From an uncultured Acidobacteriota bacterium (lineage in GTDB: Bacteria > Acidobacteriota > Vicinamibacteria > Vicinamibacterales > SCN-69-37): a stretch of 64,000 bases of DNA. The first letter of the stretch is position 1. Every line of letters starts with the position of its first letter. Below the pieces are notes generated by a model. It was not told the DNA's origin. It searched no databases and saw only the letters and a list, made by a program, of their open reading frames with translations. Below, piece by piece: positions 58,252 to 64,000 of this stretch. Location of the stretch: the NCBI GenBank assembly GCA_963752045.1, contig CAVVWN010000002.1, positions 31,498 through 95,497 on the forward strand. Direction: 5' to 3'. The position numbers were made by a program, and so were the translations under genes.

Positions 58252-58650
58252 ATGATCCCGGACCCGGCCACCCCGTCGCATGAAGATCGTCCACCGAGTC
58301 GCCGTGCGCGTCGGCGGCTCGAGCCGGCGCATGCCGTCCGCGCGCGCCGGCGCCGCCTGCTCGGCTGGGCGGTGTTCGGGGTGTCGTGCCTGCTGATGGT
58401 CAACGCTCTCGTCGGCGACAACGGCTACCTGGCCACGGTGAGGGCCCAGCGGGAATACGACGCGCTCGAGGCGAGCCTGGCGAAGATCCGTTACGAGAAT
58501 CTGCAGCTGCGCAACGGCATCCGGCGCATGCACGACGACCTGACGGCGCTCGAGGAAGTGGCCCGGGGTGAGCACGGCCTGATGCGGCCGGGCGAGACCG
58601 TCGTGATTCTGAAAGACCCCTCCAGAGACACACCCGCCCCCAACCGGTAG
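58252..58650 (+). CDS. ftsB: Septum formation initiator (FtsB/DivIC family)
   Basis: TM helix, GDNGYL, coiled coil, ALEEVARGEHGLMRPGETV. Confidence 0.82.
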   Translation: MIPDPATPSHEDRPPSRRARRRLEPAHAVRARRRRLLGWAVFGVSCLLMVNALVGDNGYLATVRAQREYDALEASLAKIRYENLQLRNGIRRMHDDLTALEEVARGEHGLMRPGETVVILKDPSRDTPAPNR

Positions 58651-58689
58651 ACCCGGGACGTCGGGCAGCGAATCGGAAGAGCAAACGCG

Positions 58690-58718
58690 AAAGGGGTTAC
58701 GACCCGTGTCGTAACCCC
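58690..58718 (-). terminator. Terminator hairpin downstream of cold-shock genes
   Basis: GGGGTTACGAC-N4-GTCGTAACCCC, 11-bp stem with short U tail on the minus strand. Confidence 0.7.
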
Positions 58719-58742
58719 CTCGAGGACAACCGGCCGCAGAGC

Positions 58743-58943
58743 CTAGGAGGCCCTGACGTTCTCGGCGCGCGGCCCCTTCGGGCCCTGCCCAGGCTCGAAC
58801 GTCACCGTCGCGCCCTCGCGAAGGCTGTCGAACGACTCGCAGGACGACTGGTGGAAGAAGTACTCCTGCCCGTCGGCCGCTGCTACGAATCCAAAACCCT
58901 TTTCACTCACCAACCGCTTGATCGTGCCCTGCACTGCTGCCAT
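58743..58943 (-). CDS. Cold-shock domain protein
   Basis: GTIKRLVSEKGFGFV..EYFFHQS..GPKGPRAENV; GGAGG RBS. Confidence 0.93.
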   Translation of the reverse strand: MAAVQGTIKRLVSEKGFGFVAAADGQEYFFHQSSCESFDSLREGATVTFEPGQGPKGPRAENVRAS

Positions 58944-59166
58944 GTGACCTCCCTGGTCTGGCTCGACGGTCGAGACGCACTCGAACCGCACGTGGTCCAC
59001 TGATAGGGTCGGCGACCAGGTCGAAACGCACTTCGACACGGGCCTCCAACTCGTCGTACTTCGTACCCCGGAGGTCGCTCTTGTGAAAGAACACCTCCTG
59101 CCCGCTGGACGCGCGTATGAAACCGCACCCTCCGGCCCGGACGATCTTCGTAATACGCCCGGTCAT
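58903..59166 (-). CDS. Second, divergent cold-shock domain protein
   Basis: MTGRITKIV..GCGFI..EVFFHKSDL..GPRAVRV. Confidence 0.8.
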   Translation of the reverse strand: MTGRITKIVRAGGCGFIRASSGQEVFFHKSDLRGTKYDELEARVEVRFDLVADPISGPRAVRVRLDRRARPGRSHGSSAGHDQAVGE

Positions 59167-59302
59167 CGGGTCACGTGGATGATCTGCGTGCCGGTGAGAG
59201 ACATAAGCGCTCCGGGGCCGGAAAGATGGGCCCGTCGGCGCGCACGCGATTGGCGTGCTGAGCGACGTGAATCAGGGCTCAGCTTAGGGCGAACGAGGGG
59301 AC

Positions 59303-59311
59303 AGCATACCA
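59303..59311 (-). promoter_or_regulatory. Extended -10 promoter (TGgTATGCT) for the csp pair; implies a ~130-nt 5' UTR
   Basis: TG-N-TATGCT on the minus strand; long 5' UTRs are typical of csp genes. Confidence 0.5.
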
Positions 59312-59425
59312 CGGTACGGCCCTGGTGGGTCTTTCGGGCCGCAAGCGGGCCCGCGGCGGCCGGACACGGTGCCGGCCGTCGCCTTGCCCCGGTCCCGCCC
59401 GCCGGATACCCTACGGCCTCCGGCC

Positions 59426-60970
59426 ATGCTCAATCTGGCGGTCTTACTCGACGACACGGCCCGCCGCCACGCGGACGCTCCGGCGTTCGTGCTGGGCGAC
59501 CACCGGCTCACCTACGCCGGCCTGGACCGGTCGGCACGGCAGGTGGCCGGCGTGCTCGCCGCCCTCGGCGTGCAGCCGGGCCACAAGGTCGCGCTCACCT
59601 GTCCGAACCTGCCGTGGTTCCCGGTGGCCTACTACGGCATCCTCAAGGCCGGCGCCGTCGTCGTCCCGCTCAACGTGCTGTTCAAGCGGCGGGAGATCGC
59701 CTACCACCTGGCCGACAGCGAGGCTCGCGTCCACCTCTGCTTCGAGGGCACCGATGCGCTGCCGATGGCCGTCGAGGGCCGGGCCGGCTTCGACGAGGCG
59801 CCGGCCTGCGAGCACTTCGTGGTGATTTCCGCCCGCGACGAGACCTCGTCGGCCGGCGGCGGCCCGACACTCCAGTCTCTTCTGGCCGGCGCGTCTGTCG
59901 ACTGGTCCACAACCGCGACCGGCCCTGACGACACGGCCGTCATCCTCTACACGTCGGGCACGACCGGCACGCCCAAGGGCGCCGAGCTCACGCACAGCAA
60001 CATGGTGCTGAACGCGATGATCTCGGCCGAGCTTTTCGACCTCCAGGCGGGTTCGCGCTGGCTGACGGCGCTGCCGCTCTTCCATTCGTTCGGGCAGACG
60101 GTCCAGATGAACGCCGGTATGCTGCGTGGCGCAACGAACGTCCTGCTGCCCCGCTTCGAGCCGGGCGCGGCGCTCGCTGCGTTCGGCGGCCAGGCCATCA
60201 CCCACTTTGCGGGCGTGCCGACGATGTACTGGTCTCTGCTGGCGCATGCCGACGCCCAGGGCATCGATCCCGCCCGCGCTGCGCCCAACCTCGAGTGCGC
60301 CGTGTCGGGCGGCGCCGCGCTGCCTTTGCAGGTCCTGAGGGACTTCGAGGCGCGTTTCGGCGTCCCCATTCTCGAGGGGTATGGCCTGTCCGAAACGTCG
60401 CCGGTCGCGAGCTTCAACCAGCGGGACCGGGTGAGAAAGCCCGGGTCCATCGGCACGCCGGTCTGGGGCGTCGAGATGCGAGTCGCGGACGCGGAGGACC
60501 GGGACGTGGCGCCGGGCGAGCCGGGAGAAGTCCTGATACGCGGCCACAACATCATGAAGGGCTACTACCGCCGCCCCGAGGCGACCGCCGAAGCGATGCG
60601 CGGGGGCTGGTTCCATTCGGGCGATGTCGCGCGCCAGGACGAGGACGGGTACTTCTACATCGTCGACCGGACCAAGGATCTGATCATCCGCGGCGGGTGC
60701 AACGTGTACCCGCGCGAGGTTGAAGAGGTGCTGATGGAGCATCCGGCCGTCTCGCTCGTGGCGGTCGTCGGCGTACCCGACGAGCAGTACGGGGAGGAAG
60801 TGAAGGCGTTCGTCGTGGCGAAGCCTGGAGCCGCGCTCGCCGAGGCGGACGTCACCGCGTGGTGCCGCGAGCGGATTGCCTCGTTCAAGGTGCCGCGCAA
60901 AGTCGAGTTCCGGGAGAGCCTGCCGATGACGGCGACGGGCAAGATCCTGAAGACGGAACTTCGAGGCTGA
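59426..60970 (+). CDS. Long-chain fatty acid--CoA ligase
   Basis: [52 protein letters not shown]. Confidence 0.93.
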   Translation: MLNLAVLLDDTARRHADAPAFVLGDHRLTYAGLDRSARQVAGVLAALGVQPGHKVALTCPNLPWFPVAYYGILKAGAVVVPLNVLFKRREIAYHLADSEARVHLCFEGTDALPMAVEGRAGFDEAPACEHFVVISARDETSSAGGGPTLQSLLAGASVDWSTTATGPDDTAVILYTSGTTGTPKGAELTHSNMVLNAMISAELFDLQAGSRWLTALPLFHSFGQTVQMNAGMLRGATNVLLPRFEPGAALAAFGGQAITHFAGVPTMYWSLLAHADAQGIDPARAAPNLECAVSGGAALPLQVLRDFEARFGVPILEGYGLSETSPVASFNQRDRVRKPGSIGTPVWGVEMRVADAEDRDVAPGEPGEVLIRGHNIMKGYYRRPEATAEAMRGGWFHSGDVARQDEDGYFYIVDRTKDLIIRGGCNVYPREVEEVLMEHPAVSLVAVVGVPDEQYGEEVKAFVVAKPGAALAEADVTAWCRERIASFKVPRKVEFRESLPMTATGKILKTELRG

Positions 60971-61010
60971 GGAGCGAGAAAGCCGACGATCCGGCCGCCC
61001 CACACGAAGA

Positions 61011-61041
61011 ACCCCGCGTGCCGTACGACGGCACGCGGGGT
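61011..61041. terminator. Terminator hairpin between convergent genes
   Basis: ACCCCGCGTGCCGT-ACG-ACGGCACGCGGGGT, 14-bp perfect stem. Confidence 0.75.
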
Positions 61042-61072
61042 GAGTCAGCCGCGGGTCCCGAGCCCGCGGGGG

Positions 61073-64000
61073 TCAGAAGAGCAACTTGAAGCTGAAGCGG
61101 ATCAGCCGGGGGCCCTGGAAGGCACTCGACTGCAGGAACCGCGGGTCGATGACGATGTTCGCCGGACCGAGGTTCGCAATCTCCTGATCGAAGTTGATCT
61201 GGCCCGCGTAGAAATCGGGTTCGTCAAAATCGACCGCTTCGCCGGATGCCAACTGCGTCCGGAACTTGTCGGTTTCCCCGCTCTGGTTGAACAGGTTCTC
61301 GATGTTCATGCCGACCTGGAAGCCCAGCTGCCCACTGAAATTGAAGCGGTGCTGGATGAAGATCCCCGTCTCACTGAACACGGCCGTGCGGCCGTCGCTC
61401 AACCGGCCCTTGTACTGGATCGGGAAGTTGTTCCCCTGAATGGCCGCCGCCTCTCGTGTCACGGGCACGCCGCTCGCAGCATAGAAGTTGAGACCAATCG
61501 TGGTGCCGAACGTGAAGTCGTAGAAGCCCTGCAGCTTGAACTGGTGCGGGCGGTCGGTCGCGAGGCGACCGTAGACCGGCTGCCCGTCGTCGCCGAAGGC
61601 CATCAGCGGGTAGTCGAAGTTGCGGCCGACGTTCGGGCTGGTGCGGCCGTTCTCGTCAGACTGCGACAGGCCCGAGTAGTTGCCGTAGAGCTTCGAGAAC
61701 GTGTAGGTGGTACGCACGGTCCAGTTGTTCGAGAGCCGCTTGTCGAACAGGAACTCGACCGCATCGTAGTCACGGACGGCCTTGGGAAACGGGATGGCTG
61801 TCGTGCCGCCGGAAGGGAAGAAGTCCTTGGCGGCGCCGAACCCCGGGTTGCCGATCGTGTAGATCTCATTGAAGTTCTCGTCGAGGGCTCCGACGTCCTC
61901 GATGGCAACGTCCACCTGCTTGTGGATGTAGCGCACGCCCACGGCCATGCGACTGCCGATCTGGCGCTCGATCCCGAACGAAGCCTCCTGCAGCTTCATC
62001 GGCTTGAGGTTCGGATCAATCGTCTCCGAGTCCGGTGCATTCGACGGATGCCGGAAGTCGACCGGTCCTCGGATGAGCGTTCCGTCACATGCCGGCGGGC
62101 AGCTGGGGGAGACGATCAGGTTCGGGTAGTCCGGCCGATCCAGCGTGTAGTAGTACTCGAGCCACTTGTCGCCGCCGAACGAGCCACGGGGCAGCTCCAT
62201 CTTGAAGATGTCGTAGAAGACGCCCCAGTTACCGTAGACCTTGGTCCTGCCGTCGCCGTTGACGTCCCAGGCGAAGCCGAGCCGCGGCGCGAACTTGTCA
62301 CCGAAGCCCCACTTGACGGCCACGTCGGAGATGCCCTCGGCCGTCGTGTACGACGGCACCGACTCGTTCTCGGTCCGGATGCCGAGGTTGAGCGTCAGCC
62401 GGTTGGAAATCGTCCAGCTGTCCTGGATGAACAGGCCGACGTTCGTGTTGCTGATGTCCCCCTGCGTGATGAAGCCCAGCTTGGGGTTCACCCCGTTGCT
62501 GCGCACCCGGTAGTAGCCGTATTCGCCGCGCTGGCCGCTCAGCGTGCGGTCCCAGAACAGCAACACACGGTTGCCGGTCTCACCTGAAAGGACGTCGTTG
62601 GCGATCGTGTCGAACTGCATGCCACCACGAAGCACGTGCTGGCCGCCCGCCTCCCCGTACCACGTGGCGTCAACCTGGAAGTTGGTCCGCTTGTAGATGT
62701 TCCGGTTGGTACCGAAATTGGTCACGAGGTTGGAGAATCCGACGATGTTCTGGTACTCGGGCGGCACACCCGCCTGTCCGATGTTCGACGTCTGATAGAT
62801 GAAGCGCGGCCCCTCCGGAATCCCCTCGGTGAACGCGTTCTGTTTGTAGTAGCCGCCCCGCACTCCGACCGTGAAGGTGCTCGTCGGTACCCAGTCGAAG
62901 TTGCCCGAGAACGACCAGTTCGGGTTGACGTTGTTCGTGTCGAACAGCGCGGTCGGCGCGGTCGAGCCGTTCTCGTCCGACAGCGACTGGCTGGGCAGGG
63001 TGCCCGTGGTCTTGCTGCTGCTGAGGTTGTAGGCCACCTTCAACCGCATGCTGTCGACCGGCTGCGCCGTGACGTTGCTGCTGGAATTGTGACGGACGAA
63101 GTCCTGGGTCTTCGTGACCCTCGTGCCGTCGCTCAGATTGGACGTCCGGTCCGTAGACTGCACCTGCGGCAGATAGCTCGTGAAGAACCAGAGCTGGTTC
63201 ACCATGATCGGCCCGCCGAACGTGAAGCCGATATCGGCATTCGTGTACGGGTCCTCGTCGAACGTCACGTACTCGGCCTTGGTCGAATCGGTCGGCACAC
63301 GCCGCAGCGTCCTGCGAGGACTGGCCTCGAGCCCCGAGCCGGCGATGTACATGCCCACGTCGCCGCTGAACCGGTTCGAGCCGCTCTTGGTGACGACGTT
63401 GATCACGCCGCCCGTCGAACCGCCGAACTCGGCCTCGTAGCCCGACGACTTCACCTGCAACTCGCCGATGAAGTCGACCGTCAGCCGCTTGCCCTGCGTG
63501 CCATTCTGCGGGTTGGTCGTCTCGACGCCGTCGACGATGTAGCGGTTCTCCGACGCACTCGATCCGTCAATCGAGATGCCTCCGGACCGCGATTCCTGGT
63601 TGGCGCCTGGGGCGGCCGTGACGAATGACGAGAAGTCGCGACCACCGGGCAGCTTCGCGAGAAGCTCCTGGTCGATGCTGAAGCTCTTGGCGCTCTGCTT
63701 GGAGGCGATGAGTGGCGACTCGGCCGTGACCTGAATGGTCTCGGCGACGCCGCCCGGGTTGAGGGCGAGATCGACGGTCAGCAACTGACCGAGACGAAGG
63801 TCGACCTGTTCGACTCTGGCCGCTGAGAAACCCTGCAGCCTGGCCGTCACGTTGTACAGCCCCGGTAGCAGACCGACGAATCGGTAGACTCCGGATGCGT
63901 CGGCGACCGTGGTCCCGACGATTGCGCCACGCGCGATGCTCTCGACCTCGAGGGTGGCCCCCGGCAGCACGGCGCCGGAAGCGTCTCGAACGGTGCCTGA
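61073..64000 (-). CDS. Oar-like TonB-dependent receptor (N-terminus beyond window end)
   Basis: LPGAT..Y..L.PG.Y carboxypeptidase-regulatory-like domain; GYEAEFGGSTGGVINVVTKSG; FIQDSW..LTLNLGIR; FAPRLGFAWD; C-terminal Phe. Confidence 0.92.
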   Translation of the reverse strand, partial: SGTVRDASGAVLPGATLEVESIARGAIVGTTVADASGVYRFVGLLPGLYNVTARLQGFSAARVEQVDLRLGQLLTVDLALNPGGVAETIQVTAESPLIASKQSAKSFSIDQELLAKLPGGRDFSSFVTAAPGANQESRSGGISIDGSSASENRYIVDGVETTNPQNGTQGKRLTVDFIGELQVKSSGYEAEFGGSTGGVINVVTKSGSNRFSGDVGMYIAGSGLEASPRRTLRRVPTDSTKAEYVTFDEDPYTNADIGFTFGGPIMVNQLWFFTSYLPQVQSTDRTSNLSDGTRVTKTQDFVRHNSSSNVTAQPVDSMRLKVAYNLSSSKTTGTLPSQSLSDENGSTAPTALFDTNNVNPNWSFSGNFDWVPTSTFTVGVRGGYYKQNAFTEGIPEGPRFIYQTSNIGQAGVPPEYQNIVGFSNLVTNFGTNRNIYKRTNFQVDATWYGEAGGQHVLRGGMQFDTIANDVLSGETGNRVLLFWDRTLSGQRGEYGYYRVRSNGVNPKLGFITQGDISNTNVGLFIQDSWTISNRLTLNLGIRTENESVPSYTTAEGISDVAVKWGFGDKFAPRLGFAWDVNGDGRTKVYGNWGVFYDIFKMELPRGSFGGDKWLEYYYTLDRPDYPNLIVSPSCPPACDGTLIRGPVDFRHPSNAPDSETIDPNLKPMKLQEASFGIERQIGSRMAVGVRYIHKQVDVAIEDVGALDENFNEIYTIGNPGFGAAKDFFPSGGTTAIPFPKAVRDYDAVEFLFDKRLSNNWTVRTTYTFSKLYGNYSGLSQSDENGRTSPNVGRNFDYPLMAFGDDGQPVYGRLATDRPHQFKLQGFYDFTFGTTIGLNFYAASGVPVTREAAAIQGNNFPIQYKGRLSDGRTAVFSETGIFIQHRFNFSGQLGFQVGMNIENLFNQSGETDKFRTQLASGEAVDFDEPDFYAGQINFDQEIANLGPANIVIDPRFLQSSAFQGPRLIRFSFKLLF

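Overview
GC-rich bacterial chromosomal window made up mostly of housekeeping and accessory genes. The VWFA-related protein, Oar-type and other TonB-dependent receptors, and the BNR/VPS10 protein with GRGG linkers suggest Acidobacteriota, probably Vicinamibacteria-like; this is an inference from gene content. It holds about 55 CDS, including bactofilin, iscS-mnmA, trxAB, glgA, an orphan DNA methyltransferase, arginase, two amidases, a ComDE-like decarboxylase, acyl-CoA dehydrogenase, higBA, ggt, bacilliredoxin, purA, hutH-hutU, DUF2007-fused rnc, SpoIIE phosphatase, cutA, ftsB, two cold-shock genes and an acyl-CoA ligase, plus tRNA-Lys(UUU) and tRNA-Glu(UUC). Six conserved genes carry single-base frameshifts that most likely reflect sequencing or assembly errors. 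The main signals outside this core annotation are: (1) a 263-bp structured repeat present twice at convergent gene junctions, with heptamer arrays, terminal inverted repeats and compensatory or G-U changes; (2) a 0.9-kb tRNA-Glu mini-island carrying higBA, whose att repeats encode two alternative in-frame protein C-termini; (3) a perfect 28-bp palindrome that may act as a bidirectional promoter; (4) recurrent -10 boxes 5-8 nt upstream of start codons, suggesting leaderless transcripts; (5) Pho-box-like 11-bp repeats before a TonB receptor operon; and (6) several uncharacterised proteins with informative motifs. No CRISPR array, rRNA, intact integrase or transposase was seen.
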